Origin: Bugula neritina
Lineage: Eukaryota; Animalia; Bryozoa
Assembly: GCA_964035545.1 (NCBI GenBank)
Contig: OZ037770.1
Location: 8,872,973 to 8,936,972 of the forward strand
DNA: 64,000 nt
Reading direction: 5' to 3'
Below the pieces are notes generated by a model. That model searched no databases, was not told the DNA's origin, and was given only the letters and a program-made list of their open reading frames with translations. This document shows, in pieces, positions 15,403 through 27,887 of this stretch. Numbering within the stretch: the first letter of the stretch is position 1; the number at the start of each line of letters is the position of its first letter. Both the position numbers and the translations under genes were made by a program.

Positions 15403-18400
15403 ATGAAGTGCGTCATACTGTTGCTGATTTTGGCAGTATTTATTCTCTCTGTAAACTCTCAAAGATTGCTTAGCCAAAATGATGGTTTAACTGCAGCGCA
15501 GAAAAATCTCGCCAGAAGACAGTGGCTCAATTCCTTGTCAGCAGGAGAAAGACGCGAGGAGCAAGCTAAACTCAGAGCTCAAAGAAAGCAAAGACGTCAA
15601 TTGGTACTTATATTTTGATGCATATTTGCTTCTTTAATCTAATAAATACTCAGTCTATGTTATGATAAATAACTGCAAGAAAACTAACAGTTTTTTTAAT
15701 TTGAGTTTAATTCCCGAAAATAATATTTTTGGATACATTCCTATGTGCTATAATAACTATTGTTTTTGTTAACTTTTGCTTAAGTTATGTAGTAGTTATA
15801 TTTTTTAGAGAGCAGAAAAACTAGCAAGAAGAGCAGAAAGAAAAAGACAAGCTCTGGCAGCACAAGAAGCTGCCAGACTTCGAGCTCAACAGCAGGCAGC
15901 GGCCGAGCAGTTTAAAAACTATCAAGAGCGAGACTTCATAGATGCTCACTATAACAAAGACAAAGCCAGCAAATTTGGTAAGAACTGCGGAATGAGAGCT
16001 TAGTGCACATCTGCCTTGTTATTATTTTTAAAATAAGTTGTATGCGAGTTCAAAAGTAAACCTATAGTTGATAGAAACAAAAGTGGTGGTTAGCCCAAAA
16101 AAGTAGTTGTTAGCAAAAGTCAGCTGGTTGAAAATAACTTTATGATGGATTGTCTTCGAGTGACCATTCAGGTCAAAAGCTGTATAGAATAACCGTAATT
16201 AAGTTTGTAATAAAGCAAGACTCGAAATGCTTGATTGGTTTATAACGTAGTAAAACACGCCTCTACCATCTGTCACCCCTTTATGTAGTAGGGAGAGCTT
16301 ACAGAAAATTAATGAGATAATATGTTGATCTAGAAAATTGACCTTAAATTGAAAGCAATAGTTGGTGATAAACAAAGCATCAATAATTTGCTTCTCTTGA
16401 TTCTTCAGTAAAATGGCAATTGCTCCTCAAAAAAATCATTTGCTTGTCTAATATACTTGAGTCATTTTACTTAATTTAGTACACACTGAAATCTCCAGTC
16501 TTTAGCTATTTTTCATACTTCAACTGCTAATGAACATAGCTTTTTGCTCAAAACTAGTAAAACACCAATAAATACACCAAAATAATTAAAGTTCTTTTTA
16601 ATTTTGTTTGATTTCCCATGTTTTCTCCCATTTATTTAGCTTATTAGAAGTGTGGGACCACTACGAAAAAACCGTAACAGCCCGCAACCAAAAGTAGCTA
16701 AATAATTAGAAAAAACCATGAAAAATAAAGCAATATTCAAAAAAACTTTGATTATTTAGGTGTATTTATTGATGTTTTATTAGTTTTGATTAAAAACCCA
16801 TGTTTATTAGCATATAGGCAAGAATACTTTATTCAAGTTAAAACTTACTCAACTCTGTTTAGTGCAGCCCTTTGGCAATATTCATAACATAGATACTTGG
16901 AACATTACATAGTTGATGAGTGCAGGACTATGACCAGCAAAAAAATGAAAATGGCTGAAAACTCTGCTAGGTAAAAATTATTCGAAATTTCTTAACAAAG
17001 CTTGCAATTATCAAAATTAAAGTCATAAGACAGAAATGTTTTGTCCTTCTATTTAAAAATAGTTTAATTAAAAAACGATGAGGTTAAACTATTTTACAAC
17101 GGAAATTTCGAATTTCGTCTGAGAGCAGAGATTTATTCAAACATGCTATAATTACTAGCTTTCACAAGAAAGCAAGTTTGCTTTTACAAATTATGAGTAT
17201 AGCGAGAGGTTTCCCACCCTTGAGACAATGGCATTGTTGATATAGCCACCACCACATAATTTTGTATTATTAGAAATAAATGTTTAAATGCTGTTCTCTA
17301 ATATATTTATAACTTGCCCTCTACGTATTTATAGCATTTAATTTTATTTGTAGCATACTAATAGTTCTCATTAAGTTTGATTCTTTTGCAGCTGTCAGCC
17401 TGTCACACGAAACTGCAGAAAGTGAAAACTTTGGAATCAAAAAGGGTAGCGGTTTGATAGATCAAGCTGGTTCTAAAGTCGCTATTAATAACAACGTTCT
17501 AGCTGAAACTCAAAGCAAGGTGAATGCTTTAGATGAAGCAGAAGCACTGTCTGAAGATCAAATTGCTCTTGCCGTAAGTATATAAAAAGCCTGAGAGTTG
17601 CAGTCAGTTTGCATTTAGAGTAGTTAAATAATCCTTGCAAACACCATTCATCTCATGTACCAGTTAGCATGCTATAATGGCATAATGCACTGATATGGGG
17701 TTAGAACAATAAAATATGAAAGTATAATATATGTTTGAGTGTGAGAAGCTGTGCTCTAGGGGTTAGAGTGTTGGCTTAGCTAACAGAAAGTCATGGGTGT
17801 GATCCCAGCAAAGACTATTTGTGACGCTAGGAGGAGCATTCAATCAATCATAATTGTTCTTGTGACACGTATGAATAATTCCTCAGCTTGCTTTACCCAT
17901 AAGGTGTTTCTCACAGGAATAGTGACTATAAACTTGTATGAGTTTTTTATATAATTGAATGTCTGAAACTTACAAAGAAACAGCCTATTACTCAACTATT
18001 CTTGCCTCATCAAACAAGAAATACTGTTTTTAAAACACCATCCGTTCTTATTACCTAATATTCTCTTATGCAAAAACTCTAATATTTTATATATTCAGCT
18101 TTTAAAACCTCATTTTAATTTAAAGCAAATAAAGAAAATTATATGACTCACACAACTTAAGCGGTAATAAGGATTATACCCTGTTAATCTTTCTTTACAT
18201 TTGAACTAAAGAGGTGATATATAATTCGTGGGAATATGCTTGCCCTTATCTAATGCTGAAAATATATTTTCTTCGGGTTATGTAATTACAGTATTTTTTC
18301 AGAGTTTTATTAACCATAGAGAGGGTGGGAGGATCCAATCACAGTCACTAATAAGAATTACATTTACAATTTAGTAGTATTTTTACTTTTTTAGTCATTT

Positions 18401-18766
18401 TATTGCATCACTTTCATGAAAAGTAAAAATTGTTACAAATATCTAATACTTGTAGAATTTTTATTCAAATATGCAGAGCATGTTCCAATTATTGGCTATG
18501 TAATTGGTATTAGTCACTGCTACGAGTGGTCGTTGATTTGTGCCATTAAAATTGCTCCAATAAGACAATATTATAGATAATACCAAAGACTTATCTAAAA
18601 GCTCTGTGCTGTGTTGTTACAGGCTGCGGAAGAAGATGAGGTGGGAGTAGATGCTGGAGTCCAAAGAGGTAACGAAGCCGTGCTCAACGCCATAAACAAA
18701 GGAGCTACAGAAGTATTGAGCGAGGAGCAGGCAGCAGCTTTAGGAGAGGCTATCATTGGGAAATAA
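15403..18766 (+). CDS. Secreted family paralog B, 231 aa; coding exons 15403-15603, 15809-15977, 17392-17573, 18623-18766
   Basis: Signal peptide MKCVILLLILAVFILSVNS|Q; 169/182-nt core exons; R/K-rich block followed by D/E-rich block; ends EAIIGK*. Non-coding exon donor CAG|GTAGGT at 14992. Confidence 0.88.
16525..16812. repeat. Imperfect inverted repeat of about 290 bp (foldback or MITE) in a gene B intron
   Basis: TGCTAATGAACAT...CAAAACTAGTAAAACACCAATAAATACACC mirrors GGTGTATTTATTGATGTTTTATTAGTTTTG...ATGTTTATTAGCA. Confidence 0.75.
17742..17950 (+). mobile_element. SINE family 1 copy in the last intron of gene B
   Basis: Collinear similarity to 5900-6117. Confidence 0.65.
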
Positions 18767-21700
18767 ATACCAGAGCAATTAATTATCTTTTAAATTATTT
18801 TTCTGCAATAACAGATTGGCTAACTAAGCTGAATGGCTGAGTAGGGTGCTTAGCAAGTGACTTTATAGCAACAATTGCTTAGTACCAATGGGGCTGAGAT
18901 TTTATAATAAAGATAATATGTACATACAACTTGAGATGGACCTACTTTTTTGAGAACATATACAGTTGTTTCTACTAAACTGAAAACATCTTTAGCAGTT
19001 ATCACATAGACAAAGGAGATTCTCTGCTTACATACAACTGACATATTGTAGACTAACTTTCTAAATCTTATTACAGATTGTTTACAATTTATACTTTGTT
19101 ATAAATTACCATTACGTTATTAAAGTTTATTATTAATGACATTTTTGGTGTTTACAGTTTAAGATAATATTAGGGGTATATTTTTCAGGCAATATGATAT
19201 GCTGCCTTTTTCTGTAAAATAAATTACTGTACGTAAAAGACAGCATAAGAGATACGTCTAAGTTATGTGTCTTGAAAAAACAAGAAAAAATTTCTTTCAA
19301 AACTTATCTTATTTTGGTTCAGCGGTCACTAGGTGTGACTGCTTGTTATGCAACATCATATTACTATATACATATATTCACCTTTGGCTTTTCCAAAGAA
19401 ATTCGCTGATCAATTTTTTACAGACTTTTTCTGCAAACGATCTTAGGCACACTAAACACGGAATACAAATGCAAATATACAAATAAATACAAAAGTTTCA
19501 ATATACTTTCTTCTGATTAATGCTATTATTGCACACCTGCTATAGATATAGGCCATAATTTAAGTCATTCAAATTATTGGGTTATCTTTAAAAAAAAATT
19601 ACTGTTGCAGCTTGCTTAAAATGTTCTTCAAAATAACAGTAATATGACACAAGAAAGTATAGTGAATAATGAGACACAACATTTATATTGCGCTATTATA
19701 TATTGCTTTATAATATACTAGAAAATGAAAACATAATATATTGTATTAATACAGTTTTAGTTTTAAGTATTAATTCAGTAATGCTGTACTATGTAGGCTA
19801 CTGTAAAATCTCAAATTCTACTGCTACCAGAAATTTTTTTTAATGAAAACATGCCATCTTAGTAGTTTGAGAAGATTCTCGTAGTAACACCAGTTGTTCC
19901 ATATTGGTTATTTTGAAATTTAGACAAATGTGAAACTTTCAAACATCAACACATTTGTGTATAAATGATTTAAAGCTCTGCATTCTCTATGAACAAGTAA
20001 TCCAAAGAAAGAGATTTTACTTGAATTGCACCAAAGCCATTTATAAAGTTGAAATGAATTGCTACTATCGATGAGCATCTGACTTTAATAGGAAGAATCT
20101 TGGTGAACAAACTATCTCTGTTAGTACCTGTACTGCATTGTGTAACTTACAGCTGCAGTCGTACATTGTAGCTTGGCCTAACCAACTAATAGCGTGATAA
20201 TGACACAATGATTACAAGACTGAAATTGAACTTACTGTAAATTAGGTTATACCATTGAGTTTTTTAAATGCTCATGGATGGTATGATTTATCTATTATAG
20301 TGTGAGAAAGCTAAGTAGGTTAACATCGCTAGTCAATAAGATATGCAGAACACAATATTTTTATTTTAAAATGCTGGTTTCAAATCATACTTAAGCAATG
20401 CAGTTTTTAGTTTTACTCATGAGTGACACTTTTATGTTCAAGGAGAAGTGTGAAATACCTTTATGATTTAATCTCTATTTATGCATATTTATGTTTGTGA
20501 GTGTTTTTAAGATATTGATATATGTTTCACAAAGATTAATTAACTTTTATATTTTGAATGAGGATATTGATGTTGACTGGAATATTACATGCCTTATATA
20601 AAGTAAGTAAGGAGAGATATCTAAAAAACGAACAACGAACTCACAGATAAAGACAAGGGTGTGAGGTAAGTTGAAAAGTTATGACTAAATAAAGAGAACA
20701 AGATGCATACAGGTAAATAAAATAACATAATAAAAACATGTAGTTAGTTACTTGGGTAAAAGAAAATGTGCGTATATTAAAAGATTTTTGCTGAAGCGAT
20801 TATTATTAAAAAACTTAAAAACTTAATAACAAACGTAACGTGCAGACAGGATGTTTTCATGATTGGATGTTTATTGCTTAGCTAGTTACAAAAACATATT
20901 TTATGCTACAGATATTAACTTTTGCCTGCTAACTGTTAGTCTCATAATAAAATATAATTTTTTGCTCACATATATACAATTCCTAAGCCTCTCAGCTAAG
21001 AGCATTAAAGTGGTTTATCCAGCTGTTAATACACATGCAGAGGTACTTTGTTTTATATGTAAAAATACAGACTCAAAAATTTTCCAGAAATGCTTCGAGC
21101 TCATTAAAAACAAGGAGTACTGGCAATGCATTCGCAAAAAAGTCTCTAAACGTGAGCAGACCTTTATGACTGGTAAAATTTATAGTAGGTCAAATGTGTT
21201 AGAATTTTTTGATTTTTACCGTTTTTAAAATTTAATTTTCACTGTTTTGTAATTTAATTTCTAACCTTTCAATCAAAAATATTAAAATCTTTCAATAATA
21301 GGCAATGTAAATATAATTTACTAATTTAAACATTTAATTGGTTAATGTCTGCTTATTTATGCTGTGTCTGCCATTACATAATATAAATGCATATGTTTTA
21401 AATCTAATTGTTCTCTATAAGAGTAATGTCTCAGTAGATTCTTTACTACTTGATAATAAAAGAAGGATTATTAAACTAAATAATTCATCATTGATACTAT
21501 AAATGAATTACTTTAGCCTTAATTTGAAATACAATATAAATTACACTAAACTTTGCTTCTGTTATATTTGAAAAAAACAGGCCTATATAGTACTACCAAA
21601 ATAAGAATTTTGACACAAGAGGAAAAAGTATTACAGAGTAGATTGCAACAAGAACATGGAGAACACGGATGCATACTATACATATACCAAACAATGTACA

Positions 21701-22439
21701 ACAGTGCACAAATTGCTAACTTTTTTTAATGTATTGATCGTTTTACGTAAATTGAAAGAGCAAAGCTTCTGATCTAATTGAAAAGAATTTCTCATTAGGA
21801 ACGGTATTTAGCTACTTCCTTTATAATTATTACATGGTTATAGCAAAACAGGCAAGCCAGGCCTAGTATAGAATATATTATTGTACTGATATTACATCAA
21901 AATGCACTGAAAGCTACACACAAGCTACTGGAATATTCTGAGAATTTAATTATATAGTGCACTGACTATTGAGCTAGATAAACTTGAGTACTATGATTGG
22001 TTTAGTGATGTTTCGATAGATTACTTCAGTCATGAATGCAATCAATTTTCAATTGTCAGAATGAGGTGAATACTGTATACACTTTCATGAATGATTTCCT
22101 TTCATTAGTACTAGCAAATGAGAAACGAGTGAGTTTGGTACACTGTATCAATAATCTCAAGAGTAGAGATTTATTAATCCTTTTAGCAATAAATCAAGAT
22201 TATAGTCTTGGACATCACTGGTACCAGCTGATGTCATCCATGTAATCGTCTTATCTCTTTACTCTTTAATCAAAATAGGAAAAGCTGAGCACTCATTCTA
22301 AGGTGACGACTAGTAAAATATGGCTTCCTCTGCTGTTTGTGCCCGTACAGTGCTCAGTCATTGTTACTACAATAAAAAATATCATTCAATTTTATAGCCG
22401 TCATCACTGTATGAATACCCTGATGAGAAGAGTTTTTGT

Positions 22440-22558
22440 CAAGTCGGGTTAAGGACTTATTCAGATAAGGCATAAAGGCAACTATGACTGAATGATTTTC
22501 CTAGCATCACCAATGGCTTTAACTAGAGACCTCTAATCTTAGACCACAGCTGCTTCCT
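22440..22558 (-). mobile_element. SINE family 1 partial copy, inverted
   Basis: ATGACTGAATG...CTAGCATCACCAATGGC...TAGACCACAGCTGCTTCC is the reverse complement of the family 1 head and body. Confidence 0.6.
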
Positions 22559-22611
22559 TTGACAGTTTATTAACAACAAGTAGATAAAAATAATAATTAT
22601 TGTACATCATT

Positions 22612-22817
22612 GTAAGAAGTTATGGTCTAGAAGTTAGAGCGTTTGTTAGCATGGGTTCGAACCCAACAAAGGCCATTGGTGATGTTAGGAAGAGCATTCA
22701 GTCATAATTGCTCCTATGCCCCATTTGAATAAGTCCTTAGCCCAATTTAACAAAAAAAACCTTTCATCAGGGGTTTCTCACTGAGATTGCAACTATAAAC
22801 TTGCAAGATTTGTTTAT
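22612..22817 (+). mobile_element. SINE family 1 copy
   Basis: GGTTCGAACCC B-box and the same body and tail as 5900-6117. Confidence 0.7.
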
Positions 22818-23003
22818 AAACTGCTAAAATGTCATTAGCCATGTAAATTATCATAGCTTTATATAGTTTAGTGTCTATCTATAACCTATATTTTCAGAGA
22901 CAAAATTGAAATATTGCAACTTACCGTTTGTTATACTTCATAGTTCTAACTCACCCATTGATAGACTGTACTATGCTAACCACTTGATTATATGAAATAA
23001 TTT

Positions 23004-23075
23004 TGCCCCAAGTAGGATACGTACCGAGACCTCCGGCTTGCAAGCAGGCGCACTATCCATTATGCCACGGGGACC
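23004..23075 (-). mobile_element. tRNA-like head of SINE family 2; decayed relatives at about 11815-11890, 58140-58240 and 63370-63470
   Basis: Minus strand reads GGTCCCCGTGGCATAATGGATAGTGCG...GGTACGTATCC. It has an A-box, a degenerate B-box and an imperfect anticodon arm, so it is not a functional tRNA. Confidence 0.55.
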
Positions 23076-24183
23076 ACGGGATAAACACATCACTACACTT
23101 TATATGGTTTATTTATTAGTTCTATGCATCGATTTTGTGTTTCAACGGCAATCAATAAAATTTTGCCTTGCCATAATTTGTGTTGATACAGCTTGAATTG
23201 GATTTATCAAGCAGAGCATGAAAACTTTATTTTAAAAGACGTGATTTTATATAGATATGATTTGACATAAACCCACAACAAAAACTGTTGTGGGCCTTTG
23301 CTTTGTTAATTTGAAATTGAGATTTGAACAGCTATATACAAATAGGTAACAGCAAGGAGAAGATAAATCTTTATGCTTCCATTTAGGTTTCAGTTATAAT
23401 TATATATTTATTATAAGTCACAAGTATTGCTTTCTTACAACTGAAGTTTTAACACAATTAAAATTGAGCTAATTTTAGTCAATTGGATAAAATTTTACTA
23501 ACAAAGCTCAGACAAAAGAAATATCCTATCTGCCAATAAAAATCAAAATCATAGAGTAAAATGAAAAAGTGTGCTTAAAAAATTGCTACTCGATTAGCTC
23601 ATTTTAATCAAAGAGATCTTTTTAAGTGAAAATGTCTGCTCTATTTTGCGGCATTGCTGTAATTAAATATTAAGTACATTTAAACTTTGTTTATCTCAGA
23701 AAACATGCTTTTTTATGTAGACTTTGTACACTTGTATGACTTTCGTCATTTAATTTTTGAGTATTCACCGAGACTCTTGAAGCAAAGTCTTTTTTGCAGT
23801 ATTCTTAGTTTTTAAAGATTTAGTCAGCATAAATGTTAACTTTTTTTGTAAATGCACTAAGAAAGAGGATAATTCCTAAAAGAAATTTGCTTGTCATGGT
23901 TCATCCCTCTTATAGGATAAAAAGAGATTAACATCTGCAAACATCCTTAATATGCTATAAATTATTCCACAGTATGTAAACCGCTGTGTATGTTGCAGTT
24001 GAAGAAGGGCGTTACCGTGAGAGATTAAAATGAGAAAACCAACCATTAATTGAATTCTTAGTTTACATCCGATGGATAATCCAACAAATCTTTTAGCAGT
24101 AAAAGGTGGATATAAATATTGTACTGGGAAATCTTTGGCTCAGATCTCTGTCTGATTTCGTGGCATTTACAAGCCTAAGTAAC

Positions 24184-24200
24184 ATTGAGCTGGTCTCAAT
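24184..24200 (+). promoter_or_regulatory. 5'UTR stem-loop with CUGGU loop (Smaug-recognition-element-like) in gene C; equivalents in gene A (10221-10207) and gene E (40656-40642)
   Basis: ATTGAG-CTGGT-CTCAAT in C, TTGAG-CTGGT-CTCAA in E and AAGAG-CTGGA-CTCTT in A. Confidence 0.45.
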
Positions 24201-24559
24201 CTTCACGCTAGCAGGTACGTTACTGTAGCTGTCATTTTCATATGAAATAGAGAACCTTCATATAAAATGAAAGTTATTGGAAACAAAAATTTTCACCAAT
24301 GTTTAAATTTATAAATATAAAGCTGCAAACATCTGTATACCTTTTAGTCTTTTTTTGACCATTATTCAATATGCTACGTGTTTTGCAAAGTATGCATACA
24401 ACATGATGTTTAAAGCTGTAAGATATGCAGTTAGGTAACTAGCAAGTTTGTGAAAGAGTTTCAAAATTAAAAGTTTTTGCAGTATAAAGATATGACCTAA
24501 AGTTTGTGGAGATCACTTTATACTTTATATACTTGTGTACTATATTATAGACAGTTGAA

Positions 24560-26440
24560 ATGAATGCGATATTGTCAGTTGTGGTGTTAGCCACTGCCAT
24601 TGTGTGCCTCTGTGAAGCGCAGCTACTCGGTGGTGCTGGCGGTGGTGTGGCTCTTGGCGGAGTGAACGCTTTAGAGGTCGGGGATCAGCACAATTCACAG
24701 CTGTCGGCTGGCTCTAGGGGTCTGGCCAATGAGCAACTTGGACTTGATGCAAGAACCAAAGATGCAAAGGTAAGTTATTATATATTATACAATATGATAT
24801 ACTGTACAATATAATATATAATATCGCTATATGTAATACAACACTACACATCATAATATTATCCTAGAATATATTGCATTATATATCATAGCACATGATA
24901 AAATAAAATTTGAAGTAATAAATGTACTAGAACATATAATGAAATGTAACAGATAATAGAATAGACTTCCTTAAATTTTAAAAGTTGTAAAATTCAATTA
25001 AAGTTATTTTAAAAGTGTAAAATTATATATTTAGAATTGTGGTTTTAAAAATTGGGTATTTACAACCTGTTACATAAATTTGTTTAAATATCTGTGCATT
25101 TTTCTCTATTTCAAGGTCACTACATTAAACAACATTAAAAAGAAGTTATAGTTGAGATATAAAATTTTTGAATTGATGATTTTTAATTAATAATGCAAGC
25201 ACACAAACAAAAAAGTGTCTAATTTCTCATGCACTAAGGTAAATGTTTTATAATCAGCTGTTCTATTGAGCCATATTTAAATTGTTAAAGAACAGCAATA
25301 TAATATTATTGTAGAAAGTGGGAGCGAGATCTCGTGGTGCTATAGGATCAAACAAACTTGCTAAAATTGACACTGCAGACAGACTGACTGCGAAACAGAG
25401 CGGTGGAGCAGAGGGATATGAAGACCTGCAGAAGTACAATACTATTGATACTGGTGGAAAGTCAAGCAAAGCTTCCAGAACTGGTTGGTATTTACAAATA
25501 TTCAACAACTGTGTAGATGAGCTTAAATAGAAAATAGATATAAATCTACTTACCTGTTGGTTGTAAAAAATGCTATTATCTGTAACATTAAATTGCATTT
25601 AAAATGTTAATGAAAAACTGACATTATACTTGCTAATATTTTATTAAGCTTATGAGTATAAATATTTTTTGTAGTCGTTAACATTGCGGATGATGTCGCA
25701 CACTCTGATGACTTTTATTTGAAAAACGATGGAGGGTTTGCAAACAATTTTGGTGTCAGAGTAGTAGCTGACGATGCCTTAGCTGCCGACACGTACGGAA
25801 ATGTAGAAGCTCTTCAGAGTAAAGATATAATTGCTGAAGATCAAGCCAACCTGGCTGTATGTACTGCTGTAACCTATTTTTAGTACTTCCAGTGTTGAAA
25901 AGAAATTATAATTTGCTGAAAAGAATCTATAACTCTGTATTTGATATTCCTCGTGTATAAGCATCAAATCTTGAAACATAATTACTAAAATTAGATAAAT
26001 TCATACATTTCATCTCCAATTGATTTTGGAATTTTCACTTAGACATTTCAATCACCCTCTAAATTTTGTGCTATGTGCTGTACATGCAACGCTTGCTTAT
26101 TCTATGTTTTAAACATTTACGCATGTTTTATAACTGCTGACAGGGTCTACAGCAGAGTCAGCTAAATGCTGTTGGAGCAGCTGAGAAACAAGATGAACAA
26201 TTTCTAAAGGGAATCAACCAGGGTGCAAGCAGCATTGCAGCTCAAAATCAAAATGCTTTGGACAAACAATTTGGAGGAAACATCTTCAGTCCATTTGGTA
26301 ATGGATTCGGTGGTGGATTCGGTGGTGGATTTAACAGTGGATTTAGTGATATATTTGTTGGTGGTGGTGGTGGTAGTTTTGGTTTAAACAATTTTGGAAC
26401 CAGTGGTGGCTTTGCGCCTTTGTTCAAAAGAAGGCGATAG
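24560..26440 (+). CDS. Secreted family paralog C, 285 aa, long Gly/Phe tail; coding exons 24560-24769, 25315-25483, 25675-25856, 26144-26440
   Basis: Signal peptide ...VCLCEA|Q; 169/182-nt core exons; tail FGNGFGGGFGGGF...FKRRR*. TATAAA at 24111 and non-coding exon donor at 24214. Confidence 0.88.
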
Positions 26441-27887
26441 TATACCTGCAAACACTCCAACTACCTGATATCGCTGTTTACGATCAGCATTATGTAGAAA
26501 GTACTTTTGAAATAAAATGCTTACTGTGGTTGCCTCATCTTGTTTTTTTGCAGCTTTTAAGTATGCATTGCTAGTGCTACCATAGTTGCTGTTGAATGAG
26601 ACACAATCTATATTTTATATTTATTGATACCTTATTTCTATGAACTAGCATCTATTTTGTGAATGATGAACCTGATATATGATTTCCCAAAATAATTCAG
26701 ACAAATTTCGAGTAATAAAATTCTAATGCAACGTACAGTTGCATGTATAACTAATAGTATTATATTATTTTTTTAGCGTGATAAATTGAAATAGTTGTGA
26801 ATATTTCATTTTCCTAACTTAATCATTATTTAAATAAAATTCCAATTCTTTTAAGCATTATTCCTAATAATTATAAATATATTTAGATTTTTATCAATAT
26901 GCATTTTACTTAAAGCTAGCAGAATAAAGTTCAATTTTAAGATCAACGATAGAGTCCAGACCAGCAGCGTTTGTGTATAGTTTGCGTCAACTCTGTGGGA
27001 TTACAACTATAAACCTTTAATCCAACCACAATATATCTAACTAAAAGCTTTAACTAGGAGATAATCTGTTGATATTGTACCAAGTAATGGCCATTTTAAT
27101 CTTAGAAATACCTCTTCATGCTGTAACTATGGCAACCAGAAATTTTCCACCAAATGAGCTCTAAATAGAGGAATGATGACTTGGCACCATGGCCAGTAGC
27201 TTCCTACAAGTTGCTGAAATGATTCTTTCAATACTATGAGCTGAATTTTACATGTAAACCGTGCAACAAAAAACACAATATATTTACACATATCAGGATA
27301 GAATTTAATTCTCTTTTCAATCCTTTTGGCAGCATGTTGAAGCTAAGCAACAAAAGGTTGTAAAACGATAGAAGCAGTTAAACTAATGCCAGCTGCCATA
27401 CTAAAATAATTAGACTATTGTACATATGTTTCACTGTATTGATAAACTGTGGCTAAAAATCTAAACATCGTAATGTGAGTTGAAATATATTATATTTTAT
27501 TGAATGAAACAAGAGTTTATTAGTGACAAGTGCTGGCATGTGCTCTACAACTAGCAATTCTGTTGACTAAAGTAACGAATTAAAAATATGTAGCATTTCA
27601 CTCAAAGTCAGACCAACAAAAGTCATGTAAACTATTGATATATCACACAAGAACTTTGTCTGTTAGTTCTTATACTTTATTATAATAACTGTAAAACATC
27701 TAACAATATTTTAGCTCAGCCATGAGAGCACTGATTCTATAAAACTGTGACAAGGGTATTTATATGCATGTTGATCAATCATGCAACTACTATAAATAAG
27801 CATAGCATTATAAGTGATTCACTAGCATAAAGAAAAGCAGTGTAAAATTGTAATTAATGATGAATCACAAGAGTAAATATAAACATG

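Noticed and set aside
23004-23075. Possible tRNA-Ala(TGC) gene
   Set aside because: The anticodon arm is mismatched with a 6-nt loop, the T-loop is degenerate (GGTACGTATCC), and decayed relatives occur elsewhere; a SINE head explains it better.
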